From the IMG/VR virus record IMGVR_UViG_3300027687_000005: DNA of 35,682 nucleotides, one strand, 5' to 3'. Origin of the DNA: an uncultured virus (IMG/VR IMGVR_UViG_3300027687_000005). Its lineage: Duplodnaviria; Heunggongvirae; Uroviricota; Caudoviricetes. The position numbers and the translations under genes were made by a program. Shown in pieces: positions 25,791 to 35,063 of this stretch. The notes below the pieces were generated by a model, which worked only from the letters and a program-made list of their open reading frames with translations, was not told where the DNA came from and searched no databases. Position 1 is the first letter of the stretch; the number at the start of each line of letters is the position of its first letter.

Positions 25791-28700
25791 GTGGCAGGTT
25801 ATACAAGACAATCTACAGCAGACATCATCCCCACCGCAACGCTACGGGCTGCTCCAATCAACGCTGAGTATAATGCTCTACGTGATGCATTCGCTGCATC
25901 TGGTGGTCACAAGCATGATGCCAGTACAGGTGAAGGTGGCTACGTTCCTCTTATCGCAGACGTAGATGCTAATAACAAAGTACAGGTTAATACAGGCTCC
26001 AATACAGTAGACTTCTACGTTGAAGTATCTGGTGTACCTGTTCAGCAAATCAGTGTTCGAGATGGTGTATTACGCCCTATTACAGATAATGACATTGACC
26101 TTGGGGCGTCTGGTGCAGAGTTTAAAGACCTGTACATTGACGGTATTGGCTACATTGACACACTGGCTGTTCACGAGAATGCTACAATAGCTGGTACACT
26201 TAACGTAACTGGGGTTATCACTGCTCCAGCTGGTGTCGTAGCTAATATCACAGGCAACCTCACTGGTAACGTAACAGGTAATGTTACAGGTAATCTAACT
26301 GGTAATGTAACGTCCTCTGGTACATCTACCTTTGCTGACCTTGATGCAGTTGACCTATCTGCTACAGGTACAACAGTTATTACATCTGGTGACATTAACT
26401 CAGGTACTATTGATAACTCAGTAATTGGTAACGCTACTCCTGCTGCTGGTACATTTACTACCCTTACAGCCAACACAAGCCTTACAGCTGCTACTGCCGA
26501 TATTAATGGCGGTACTGTAGATGGCGCTACTATTGGTGCTAATAGCGCATCTACTGGTGCCTTCACTGCACTATCAGCCACAGGTACATCTACTCTTTCT
26601 ACTGTAGATATTAATGCTGGTGCCATAGACGGAACTACTATTGGTGCTTCTACACCCGCAGCTGGTAGCTTTACCACTGTGTCTACAACAGGGCAAGCTA
26701 CACTAGCTTCTGTTGATATTAATGGTGGAGCTATTGATGGGGCTACTGTCGGGGCAACAACTGCTTCTTCCGGTGCATTCACCACTGTAACGGCTTCTGG
26801 TGGCGTCACAGGCGCTCTTACAGGCAACGTAACTGGTAATGTAACTGGTAACGTAACTGGTGCGATAACGGGCAATGTAACTGGTGATCTGACAGGTAAC
26901 GTAACTTCAGCTGGTACATCTACATTCAATAACGTGACCATCGACGGTACGTTAAATATGAATGCTGGTACTACAGCCACGATCACTAACCTTACTGATC
27001 CCACTAATGCACAGGATGCAGCCACTAAAGCCTATGTAGACACAGGTATCTCTAACCTTGTAGCTTCTGCCCCCGGTACGCTTGATACATTAAACGAACT
27101 GGCTGCAGCCCTTGGCGATGACGCAGCCTTCAGCACCACAGTAACTAACAGCATTGCTACTAAGCTTCCACTAGCTGGTGGTACAATGTCTGGTGCCATT
27201 GCTATGGGTGCCAATAAAGTAACTGGTGTTACTGATCCTACAGCGGCACAGGATGCTTCCACTAAAGCCTACACAGACGCACAACGTGATACCCGTGTAG
27301 CTAAATCAGGCGATACGATGTCTGGCAACCTAGCAATGGGTTCCAATAAAGTTACTGGCCTTGCTGCTCCTGTGGACGCAAACGATGCAACTTCTAAGAC
27401 ATATGTAGATGGCATCTTAGGTTCGGCTACTGTCGCCGCAACATCTGCAACAAACGCTGCTACCTCAGAAACCAATGCTGCAACAAGTGCAACTAACGCA
27501 TCTAACTCAGCAAGCGCAGCAGCTACCAGTGAGACTAACGCCGCTGCCTCATTTGATGCATTTGATGATAGATACCTTGGCGCTAAGTCTTCTGCACCTA
27601 CAGTAGACAATGACGGTGATGCTTTGGTTATTGGGGCGCTCTATTTCAACAGTACAACGGCAATCATGTACGTTTATGGTTCAGGTGGCTGGCAAGCTGC
27701 TGGCTCATCTGTGAATGGTACATCAGATCGTCAGACATATACTGCTACAGCAGGTCAGACTGTCTTTGCTGCAACATATGATACTGGTTATGTAGATGCG
27801 TACCTTAACGGTGTAAAGCTTATTGCTGGTACTGACTTCACTGCTACTTCTGGTACAAATATTACACTTTCTACAGGTGCAGCAGTTAATGATACAGTAG
27901 ACATTGTAGCTTACGGTACATTCGTACTAGCAGATCACTATACTAGCACACAGTCTGATGCACGTTACCTTCAAATATCTGGCGATGGTAGTACTGGCAA
28001 TCTGTCAGTTACAGGTAATATCTCTATCACTGGCACTGTAGATGGACGTGATGTCGCTACAGACGGTACTAAGCTAGATGGTATTGAGGCATCTGCCGAC
28101 GTTACTGACGCAACTAACGTAACCGCTGCTGGCGCACTGATGGACAGTGAGGTCACTAACTTAGCTCAGGTCAAGGCATTTAGCTCCTCTGACTATGCCA
28201 CAGCCGCCCAAGGCACTACTGCTGACGCTGCCCTGCCTAAAGCTGGCGGGACTATGACGGGCGCTTTGGATGTCCAAGGCACAGTGACGGCTGATGGGCT
28301 GACTGTGGATGGTAGTGCTGTAATAAACAACGCAGCTAGTATAGGTTATGGTGGTGATTTAGTTCTTACTTTGAACGATACCGCAAATGATTATCCAATG
28401 CTTCGTTTTACAGGAACATCAGGTGGTTTGTTTGCAGTGCGTTCTGAGGGAAACAAGAGTTTAAAGTTCTATGAGGACACAGGATCATCTTTAAAATCCA
28501 GAATGTATATTGCTGAAGGCGGCGACATCAGCTTCTACGAGGACACAGGCACGACGCCAAAATTCTTCTGGGACGCTAGTGCTGAATCGTTGGGCATTGG
28601 GACGAGTTCGCCTAGTTCATTTAACGGCGGTGCAAACAACCTTGTAGTTGGCTCTGGCTCTGGCTCTGAAGGCATGACTATTTATGCCGACAGTTCATCT

Positions 28701-29492
28701 AATAGTGCAGTATTCTTTGCGGATGGAACTTCTGGTGCCGCTACATACACGGGTCAGTTAAACTACCAACACGCATCTAATGCTATGACGTTCCACACAA
28801 ATGGCGGCTCAGAAGCCGCTAGGCTGGACAGCAGCGGTAACTTGCTTGTGGGTAAGACGAGTGCTGCTTACAATACGGCTGGTTTTCAAATTCAGTCTAA
28901 TGGTATTGCTGGAGCAACTACTTCCGTTGGTAGGCCTTTCTATGTAAACAGAAAAAGCACTGATGGTGCACTTTTTGACCTATATAAAGACGGCACATCT
29001 GTGGGCAGCTGGATGTCACGGGCTGGTGTTGTTTCGACAATAATACTTGACCCTCGTTCTGGTGGTGGCGGTCTCTCTGGTGGCGGTGCAGCATTGTACC
29101 CAACCAATAATGTGGGCGCACTTTCTAACGGAGCTTTAACACTTGGTGATGCGTCATATAAGTTCAATGACGGCCACTTCTCAGGAACAGTCAACGCAGC
29201 CAACTTCAACACCACCTCAGACGCTACACTCAAGACCAACGTAGAGACCCTCACAGGCTCTCTGGATGCCGTTAAGTCCCTGCGTGGTGTATCATTCGAT
29301 TGGCTAGAGAATGGCAACTCAGAGGTCGGCGTAATCGCTCAAGAGGTGGAAGCAGTTCTACCTGATTTAGTCAGCACTAACGGCGAAGGCATTAAGTCAG
29401 TCAAGTACGGTAACATGGTTGCGGTGCTGATTGAGGCAATCAAAGAGCAGCAGCTTCGCATTGAAGCCCTCGAACTTAAACTAGGAGAATAA
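25791..29492 (+). CDS. Tail fibre with C-terminal peptidase S74 intramolecular chaperone
   Basis: GNVT repeats, DPT.AQDA.TKAY.D repeats, APGTLDTLNELAAAL; S74 motif SDATLKTNV...GVIAQEVE..LP.LV. Confidence 0.92.
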   Translation: MAGYTRQSTADIIPTATLRAAPINAEYNALRDAFAASGGHKHDASTGEGGYVPLIADVDANNKVQVNTGSNTVDFYVEVSGVPVQQISVRDGVLRPITDNDIDLGASGAEFKDLYIDGIGYIDTLAVHENATIAGTLNVTGVITAPAGVVANITGNLTGNVTGNVTGNLTGNVTSSGTSTFADLDAVDLSATGTTVITSGDINSGTIDNSVIGNATPAAGTFTTLTANTSLTAATADINGGTVDGATIGANSASTGAFTALSATGTSTLSTVDINAGAIDGTTIGASTPAAGSFTTVSTTGQATLASVDINGGAIDGATVGATTASSGAFTTVTASGGVTGALTGNVTGNVTGNVTGAITGNVTGDLTGNVTSAGTSTFNNVTIDGTLNMNAGTTATITNLTDPTNAQDAATKAYVDTGISNLVASAPGTLDTLNELAAALGDDAAFSTTVTNSIATKLPLAGGTMSGAIAMGANKVTGVTDPTAAQDASTKAYTDAQRDTRVAKSGDTMSGNLAMGSNKVTGLAAPVDANDATSKTYVDGILGSATVAATSATNAATSETNAATSATNASNSASAAATSETNAAASFDAFDDRYLGAKSSAPTVDNDGDALVIGALYFNSTTAIMYVYGSGGWQAAGSSVNGTSDRQTYTATAGQTVFAATYDTGYVDAYLNGVKLIAGTDFTATSGTNITLSTGAAVNDTVDIVAYGTFVLADHYTSTQSDARYLQISGDGSTGNLSVTGNISITGTVDGRDVATDGTKLDGIEASADVTDATNVTAAGALMDSEVTNLAQVKAFSSSDYATAAQGTTADAALPKAGGTMTGALDVQGTVTADGLTVDGSAVINNAASIGYGGDLVLTLNDTANDYPMLRFTGTSGGLFAVRSEGNKSLKFYEDTGSSLKSRMYIAEGGDISFYEDTGTTPKFFWDASAESLGIGTSSPSSFNGGANNLVVGSGSGSEGMTIYADSSSNSAVFFADGTSGAATYTGQLNYQHASNAMTFHTNGGSEAARLDSSGNLLVGKTSAAYNTAGFQIQSNGIAGATTSVGRPFYVNRKSTDGALFDLYKDGTSVGSWMSRAGVVSTIILDPRSGGGGLSGGGAALYPTNNVGALSNGALTLGDASYKFNDGHFSGTVNAANFNTTSDATLKTNVETLTGSLDAVKSLRGVSFDWLENGNSEVGVIAQEVEAVLPDLVSTNGEGIKSVKYGNMVAVLIEAIKEQQLRIEALELKLGE

Positions 29493-29494
29493 TT

Positions 29495-29797
29495 ATGGCT
29501 GTAACATTTACATGGTCTGTAGCAAACCTTGAGCGCACAACAGCAGACGGCGGTGTGACAGTAGTCCACTGGCGCTGCGATGGCGTGGATGGGGAGGCTT
29601 CGGTTGGTCAGTATGGCACAACCTCATGCACACCTGACGCATCTGCATCTGACTTCATTGCATTCGACAGCTTAACTCAAGACACAGTGCTTGCTTGGGT
29701 CTGGGATACAGTCGTCCGTGCTGACGTTGAAGCAAGCATTACGGATCAGATCAAAGCTGAGTTGAACCCAACGACTACCGCTGGGCTTCCTTGGTAA
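29495..29797 (+). CDS. Tail-fibre-associated protein
   Basis: TWSVANLER..DGGV..VHW...GLPW; GGAG RBS. Confidence 0.7.
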   Translation: MAVTFTWSVANLERTTADGGVTVVHWRCDGVDGEASVGQYGTTSCTPDASASDFIAFDSLTQDTVLAWVWDTVVRADVEASITDQIKAELNPTTTAGLPW

Positions 29798-29827
29798 TCT
29801 CTACGCTAATAGTGAAGGAACACGAAG

Positions 29828-30136
29828 ATGGCGATTAAAGTAAACGGTACTACGGTTATTGATGATAGTAGGAACCTTGTAAATATTGTAAGTGGGGCTG
29901 GTAGTAGTACAGACCTTGGTGCTGTTGGGAGTTATGTATTTGCTCAGTACAGAGGAAGCCCCGCATTTACCCAAGGCCAAGTGATTGCTGCTGGTACATA
30001 CGCACTAAGACCAACCAACGCCTTTGGCAACACGGGCGGGACAAACATATCATCAGGGTCTTGGCGCTGTATGGGAATTAAGGCAGACAGTTTTACAAAT
30101 GAAGAAGCCTCTACACTTTTTGTAAGGATTTCATAA
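29828..30136 (+). CDS. Short tail fibre-like protein
   Basis: MAIKVNGTTVIDDSRNL, GAVGSY, GSWRCMG, LFVRIS. Confidence 0.7.
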   Translation: MAIKVNGTTVIDDSRNLVNIVSGAGSSTDLGAVGSYVFAQYRGSPAFTQGQVIAAGTYALRPTNAFGNTGGTNISSGSWRCMGIKADSFTNEEASTLFVRIS

Positions 30137-30552
30137 TGACTATAACAATCACACAAGTTCGCAATGCGGCGTCCCTTCAAGCGGATAACCTTCGCATGAA
30201 CGTAGAGATTAACCATCCACAGCACGGCTGGATACCTTACACTCTTAACCCTGCCGATACAGACACCACGATTGACAATGATGCAGTCATGGCTCTGATC
30301 GGCACAGGCTTCGCAGCATATGTTCCGCCTACACAGGCAGAGCTAGATGCAGCCGCTGCCGCACAGGTTCGTGCAGATCGTGACAATCGTTTGACCACAG
30401 AGGTTGACCCACTGGTGTCTAACCCACTTCGCTGGGCTGACCTTACGTCTGACAAACAGGCTGAGTGGTCACAGTACAGGACTGACCTACTGGGTGTACC
30501 ACAGCAGGCGGGTTTCCCAGCAGACATTACTTGGCCCACTAAGCCTGAGTAA
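30136..30552 (+). CDS. Tail fibre assembly chaperone (XkdW-like)
   Basis: HPQHGWIPY, VRADRD..L, W..YR..L..VPQQAGFP..ITWPTKP. Confidence 0.8.
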   Translation: MTITITQVRNAASLQADNLRMNVEINHPQHGWIPYTLNPADTDTTIDNDAVMALIGTGFAAYVPPTQAELDAAAAAQVRADRDNRLTTEVDPLVSNPLRWADLTSDKQAEWSQYRTDLLGVPQQAGFPADITWPTKPE

Positions 30553-30818
30553 TGAAAGACCAAGACGGTTGGCACATATCCCGAAGTGTCCCCGCAACTC
30601 TCTTGCTCGGCCTTATGACACAAGCTGCTGCAATCGTATGGACAGTGTCCATGATGATGGCGGATATCCAGCAGAACAACGAGAAGCTAATGAACTTCTC
30701 TGAGCGAGTGTCGAAGGTCGAGACAATGGTACAAAGCCAAGCAGTAAGCATGGCTCGTATTGACGAAAACATTCAACACATTCGAGGCGCTGTCGAGAAG
30801 ATGGCCCAAAAACCCTAG
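30552..30818 (+). CDS. Membrane-anchored coiled-coil protein
   Basis: TM segment followed by ARIDENI coiled coil. Confidence 0.7.
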   Translation: MKDQDGWHISRSVPATLLLGLMTQAAAIVWTVSMMMADIQQNNEKLMNFSERVSKVETMVQSQAVSMARIDENIQHIRGAVEKMAQKP

Positions 30819-30992
30819 GTGCTCTGCACTCTGGTGTTCGTTGGGTACGCCCATATGTTCATCAACGGTCAAGGAAGTTGGTTTCACAAGAGGTGCTATT
30901 ACTTTTGTGGAACCAACTCCCATTGGTACGACAGGGTGTTCAGGGTGTCCCCAAATTTCAATTGTCAGGGGAGGATAAAACTCAATGATTGA
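30819..30992 (+). CDS. Small Cys-rich protein (57 aa, GTG start, not in ORF track)
   Basis: VLCTLVFVGYA...KRCYYFC...NCQGRIKLND; fills the gap exactly. Confidence 0.55.
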   Translation: MLCTLVFVGYAHMFINGQGSWFHKRCYYFCGTNSHWYDRVFRVSPNFNCQGRIKLND

Positions 30993-31452
30993 AGTATTAG
31001 CACTCGCCTCGGCGGTAAGCACTATAGCAGGCAGTATAAGCAGCGCAGTCCAAGCTGGTAGAGATGTTAGTGCTGTTCTCCCTGCATTCGGTAAACTTGC
31101 AAAACTAGAGGCAGATATTAGCCTTGCTGAAAGTGGTCGCCACAAAGGACCACTGCGTAGGCTCTCTTCTACAGAAGAAGAAGGCTTCGCAATCAGTATG
31201 GCTAAAATGAGGCATAAAGAGGCAATGGACGAATTAAGGTCTATCTGCCAGCTATATGGTCCACCGAATATGTGGGCCACCGTGGTGCGAGAACAAGCCG
31301 CAGCTAGGAAAAGACGGGCTGACTTACTAAATGCCCAAGCCAAGCAGCGAGACAAGATATTCTACTCCATAACTATATCACTTTCCATATTGGTATTTTG
31401 TGGAGGAGCCGCAGGCCTCTTCTGGTTTGCCACCCTACTAGCTGAAAATTAA
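30985..31452 (+). CDS. Membrane protein (C-terminal TM)
   Basis: MIEVLALA N-terminus, coiled coil, hydrophobic C-terminus; GGAGG RBS. Confidence 0.75.
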   Translation: MIEVLALASAVSTIAGSISSAVQAGRDVSAVLPAFGKLAKLEADISLAESGRHKGPLRRLSSTEEEGFAISMAKMRHKEAMDELRSICQLYGPPNMWATVVREQAAARKRRADLLNAQAKQRDKIFYSITISLSILVFCGGAAGLFWFATLLAEN

Positions 31453-31466
31453 TCTAAGGAAATAAC

Positions 31467-31859
31467 ATGAACCTCAATCCTCTCGGCGGTATCGTCGATG
31501 GGCTTGCGAAAGGTTTAGATGACCTCTTCACATCTGATGAAGAGCGGGAAGCTGCAAAGCTAAAACTAGCTACACTAATGCAGCAACCTCATATGCTCCA
31601 AGCAGTGGCGAATATCGAAGGTGCTAAGCATCGCTCAATATTCGTTGCTGGCTGGCGTCCAGCTATTGGCTGGGTCGCTGCCCTAGGCTTGGGCTATGAG
31701 TTCCTAGTCAAACCATTTGCAGGCCTGATTAACGCATACCTAACGCTCCCCGCAGAACTCCCAAGTTTAGCAGGGGACCAACTCATGACCCTCGTACTTT
31801 CCCTCTTAGGCCTCGGTGGTCTTAGGACATTCGAGAAAGTCAAAGGAACATCAAAATGA
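31467..31859 (+). CDS. Holin, GTA-type 3TM family
   Basis: FTSDEE, FVAGWRPAIGWV, LLGLGGLRTFEK. Confidence 0.85.
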   Translation: MNLNPLGGIVDGLAKGLDDLFTSDEEREAAKLKLATLMQQPHMLQAVANIEGAKHRSIFVAGWRPAIGWVAALGLGYEFLVKPFAGLINAYLTLPAELPSLAGDQLMTLVLSLLGLGGLRTFEKVKGTSK

Positions 31860-32086
31860 CACAACAAGAAATGATGGAGCTTCTGCATAAGACCCTTGCA
31901 GAAAACCTACTGCTTCGCATTCAGGACCCTGAAGCTAAGTCTTCGGACCTGAACGTAGCCCGACAGTTCCTCAAGGATAATAACATCGATGCTATCCCTA
32001 CAAACGATAGCCCCCTCGGTGACCTTGTAGCTAACCTTCCGAACTTCAACGATGAAGATGCGGATACATCAGAAATGCGCCATTAA
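31856..32086 (+). CDS. terS: Terminase small subunit, T7 gp18-like
   Basis: LH..LA..LL..I......SDLNVARQFLKDNNI. Confidence 0.85.
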   Translation: MTQQEMMELLHKTLAENLLLRIQDPEAKSSDLNVARQFLKDNNIDAIPTNDSPLGDLVANLPNFNDEDADTSEMRH

Positions 32087-32091
32087 ATCAT

Positions 32092-33816
32092 ATGTTTCCA
32101 GATAGAACCTCATTAGGTGTGCCACGGACGCAGGACCCTCTAAGCGACTTCCGCAAATTCCTGTTCGTCTGTTGGCAACACCTCAACCTGCCAGTCCCTA
32201 CGCCAGTCCAATACGACATCGCAAAGCACATACAAGACGGTGAGAAACGTATCATCGTTCAGGCTTTCCGAGGCGTAGGGAAATCTTGGATTACATCAGC
32301 ATATGCAGTGTGGCTCCTCTATATGAACCCACAGCTAAACATCTTGGTAGTATCCGCTTCCAAGTCACGAGCTGATGACTTCACAACCTTCACCCTTAGA
32401 CTGATTAACGAGATGCCTATACTTCAGCACCTCATCCCTCGATCAGATCAGAGACAATCAAAGATTAGCTTCGACGTAGCACCCGCTAACGCCTCACATG
32501 CCCCCTCAGTAAAGAGTGTGGGTATCTCAGGGCAACTTGCAGGGTCCCGAGCTGACGTATTGATTGCAGATGACATAGAAGTACCCAATAACTCCATGAC
32601 ACAGGGGATGAGAGATAAACTCTCAGAGGCTGTTAAAGAATTTGATGCTATCCTAAAGCCTGATGGTCGTATTATCTACCTCGGCACCCCACAGAACCAA
32701 GAGAGCCTATACAATAAGCTCCCAGATCGTGGGTATAAGGTACGCATCTGGCCTGCTAGGTATCCTAATGAAGACCAATTGGTTTCTCTAGGGGATAAAT
32801 TGGCGCCTAGAGTGGCTAAATCACTGAAGAATGCCCCAGAGTTACTAGGGAAATCTACAGACCCTGACCGCTTTGATGACTTCGACCTAGCAGAACGTGA
32901 AGCATCCTACGGTAGGTCAGGTTTCGCCCTACAGTTCATGCTCGATACAAGGCTCTCTGATGCCGAAAGATACCCTCTGAAGGTGTCTGACCTAGTAGTG
33001 ATGGACATACCCACTGAGGAGGCTCCTGAGAAGGTCGTGTGGGCTTCTGGTGACCAGTATGTCGTGCAGGAACTTCCGAATGTAGCCTTCAACGGAGACT
33101 ACTACCACAAGCCTATGTATATCTCAGATCAATTCGTAGAATACAGCGGCTCAGTGATGTCCATAGACCCCTCAGGACGCGGTAAGGATGAAACGGGGTA
33201 TGCAGTCGTAAAGATGCTTAATGGCTTCCTATATGTCCGTAGGTGCGGCGGGGTAACTGGTGGGTACTCTGAGGAAGCCCTCAAGAAACTTGCTATGATT
33301 GCTAAGGAAGAGAAGGTTAACGAGATTATCGTCGAGAGTAACTTTGGTGATGGTATGTTCAACCAACTCATGATGCCTATCCTAGCAAAGATACACCCAG
33401 TCACTATGGGTGAGGTACGTCACAATACACAAAAAGAGAAGCGCATCATCGATGTACTAGAACCTGTGATGAACCAACATAAGCTGGTGATGGATAAGAA
33501 GCTCATTAAGAGAGACTACGAAAGCACACAACACCTCCCACCTGAACAAGCCCTAAGATACCAACTCATGTATCAGCTAACCCGTATCACTGCAGAGAGA
33601 GGGGCATTGTCTAACGATGACCGCTTAGACTCCCTAGCTATGGCAGTTCAATACTGGGTAGATGCAATGTCTCAGGATGCTGAAGTTCGTATAGGTGCTC
33701 GTAGGGAAGAGATGCTCATGGCAGAGGTAGATAAGGTAAGACAATCAGCCTCTATGGGCCTAGCAGTCATTACAGGACACCTAGCAGATGGGTTCCAAAA
33801 GGGGATGAAGTGGTAA
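32092..33816 (+). CDS. terL: Terminase large subunit 2, T7 gp19-like
   Basis: QAFRGVGKSWITSAY, GSRADVLIADDIEVP, LGTPQ, SIDPSGRGKDET, DDRLDSLA. Confidence 0.96.
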   Translation: MFPDRTSLGVPRTQDPLSDFRKFLFVCWQHLNLPVPTPVQYDIAKHIQDGEKRIIVQAFRGVGKSWITSAYAVWLLYMNPQLNILVVSASKSRADDFTTFTLRLINEMPILQHLIPRSDQRQSKISFDVAPANASHAPSVKSVGISGQLAGSRADVLIADDIEVPNNSMTQGMRDKLSEAVKEFDAILKPDGRIIYLGTPQNQESLYNKLPDRGYKVRIWPARYPNEDQLVSLGDKLAPRVAKSLKNAPELLGKSTDPDRFDDFDLAEREASYGRSGFALQFMLDTRLSDAERYPLKVSDLVVMDIPTEEAPEKVVWASGDQYVVQELPNVAFNGDYYHKPMYISDQFVEYSGSVMSIDPSGRGKDETGYAVVKMLNGFLYVRRCGGVTGGYSEEALKKLAMIAKEEKVNEIIVESNFGDGMFNQLMMPILAKIHPVTMGEVRHNTQKEKRIIDVLEPVMNQHKLVMDKKLIKRDYESTQHLPPEQALRYQLMYQLTRITAERGALSNDDRLDSLAMAVQYWVDAMSQDAEVRIGARREEMLMAEVDKVRQSASMGLAVITGHLADGFQKGMKW

Positions 33817-33823
33817 CACCTTT

Positions 33824-33847
33824 TAATTAGGTTGCACCATAGAGGAA
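33824..33847 (+). promoter_or_regulatory. T7-class phage RNAP promoter (phiOR-like)
   Basis: TAATTAGGTTGCACCATAGAGGAA resembles K11/SP6-type AATTAGG..CACTATAG promoters; directly after TerL. Confidence 0.65.
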
Positions 33848-33876
33848 GGGGAAGGAAACCCCCCCCCCTTTAACAC

Positions 33877-33982
33877 CCTATAGGTACTGTAGGTAGAGCT
33901 GTAGAGTTCTATAGGTACTATAGGTCTATAGTTCCTGTAGGACCTATAGCTCACAGCGAGATACAGGGACTATAGGTCCTAC
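33877..33982. repeat. Short CT(A/G)TAG repeat tract (T7 SRR-like)
   Basis: About nine CTATAG/CTGTAG units. Confidence 0.8.
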
Positions 33983-34045
33983 ATCATCCTGCAATGGTTG
34001 GGGATGGTATCCCCCTTTTAATACAGAGAAGAGTAGAACCTAGTA

Positions 34046-34303
34046 ATGAATACTAAGAACATAGCACAGCTGTGGAAAGACTACAGATACCACAGACTAG
34101 CTGATAAAGCAGAAGCACAGCTAAGGTTCCACTCCAATGCAGAGTTAAAAGACATAGGTATCACTAGGTCTGATATATCCCGCATGGCCCACAGTAAATG
34201 CGGTTGGTGTTCTAAGCCTGAGGTTATCCGCGAGATGACTGCAGGAGAGCGGCAGGCCAGTAGGGTCCGAGAGGTCCTGAATAATTCTGACGAAAAACTA
34301 TGA
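34046..34303 (+). CDS. DUF1127-like small protein with CxxC extension
   Basis: LRFHSNAELKDIGITRSDI followed by CGWC. Confidence 0.7.
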   Translation: MNTKNIAQLWKDYRYHRLADKAEAQLRFHSNAELKDIGITRSDISRMAHSKCGWCSKPEVIREMTAGERQASRVREVLNNSDEKL

Positions 34304-34575
34304 GGGGGTATACGTAATGGGCGTTAGCGAATTTCCCCCCTCATGCCCACCTTCCTTTTAAATTCCCACCAAAACAGGCCATTTGCACCAGCATTTGCAC
34401 CATGTCCGGCTAAGTGATTGAAAGGGTGGGGGTGGGTATCAGTTACCGCCGCTATTGCCGCCCTATTTATGGGCAGATGCAGGGGCCTTTTGGTTGCTGC
34501 AGGATTGGCGCCGATTGCCGCCGCTTGCTTCCCTCTTTTTTGTCTACCCTGCCGTTTTCGTTTTTCCTGCAGGAC

Positions 34576-34633
34576 CCAACAGGACCCACCTGGCAACCAA
34601 CAGGACCCACCTGGCAACCAATAGGCAACCAAC
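34576..34633. repeat. 21-bp tandem repeat plus degenerate copies
   Basis: CCAACAGGACCCACCTGGCAA at 34576-96 and 34597-34617. Confidence 0.85.
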
Positions 34634-34758
34634 AGAACAACAGCTTTCCCTGTTGTTTTCAAATTATTTTGCATCTGGTGCAAATTAACTGTTTACAATC
34701 CAGCCACTGGCGGTTACTTACTGGCAACAACTTCAATCAGCCTTGAAAGGGCCACATC

Positions 34759-34932
34759 ATGAATAACCAAGAATTCACCTTAGAAATATACGCCACTGCA
34801 GGGTGTCATGACTTACATCTTATGGTACGTCCAGATGATGACCTTGATGATAGATTTGATGCTATATGCCAAGATACTGGGGAAACCCTCTGGTTGAATG
34901 GTTGGAATTTCAGCATTGAGGTGGCGGAATGA
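34759..34932 (+). CDS. First early ORF of segment B (57 aa, acidic, not in ORF track)
   Basis: GAAAGG RBS; MNNQEFTLEIY...DDDLDDRFDAICQDTGE.LWLNGW. Confidence 0.65.
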   Translation: MNNQEFTLEIYATAGCHDLHLMVRPDDDLDDRFDAICQDTGETLWLNGWNFSIEVAE

Positions 34933-35015
34933 AAACCTTCACAACAATCCTCACCGCCACGGCAATGGTCTCAGCACTTGCAGTGCTAGCAGGTGCCCTA
35001 GCCGCTAATCTTTAA
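34929..35015 (+). CDS. 28-aa hydrophobic peptide
   Basis: MKTFTTILTATAMVSALAVLAGALAANL; ATGA coupling. Confidence 0.45.
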   Translation: MKTFTTILTATAMVSALAVLAGALAANL

Positions 35016-35063
35016 TCAAAATCTACCTACCATCAGTAAGAAACCAACAAGAGGAACTATACC

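Larger units (their letters stand above)
1..29492. mobile_element. Phage segment A: HMO-2011-type-like podovirus (divergent early/replication and late arms); right boundary uncertain
   Basis: Leftward integrase-primase-thyX arm and rightward TerL-portal-scaffold-capsid-adaptor-nozzle-fibre arm. No tape measure gene. Group assignment is from recalled gene order. Confidence 0.7.

Noticed and set aside
26171..27610. Long antisense ORFs within the tail fibre gene
   Set aside because: Shadow frames produced by Thr/Gly/Ala-rich repetitive coding.
30687..31355. 222-aa minus-strand ORF, and plus-strand ORF 30760-30978
   Set aside because: The first is antisense to well-supported late genes; the second is displaced by the better-fitting 30819-30992 frame.
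34324..34746. Several overlapping ORFs in the segment B terminal region
   Set aside because: They translate tandem repeats in multiple frames without RBS; the region fits a non-coding terminus.
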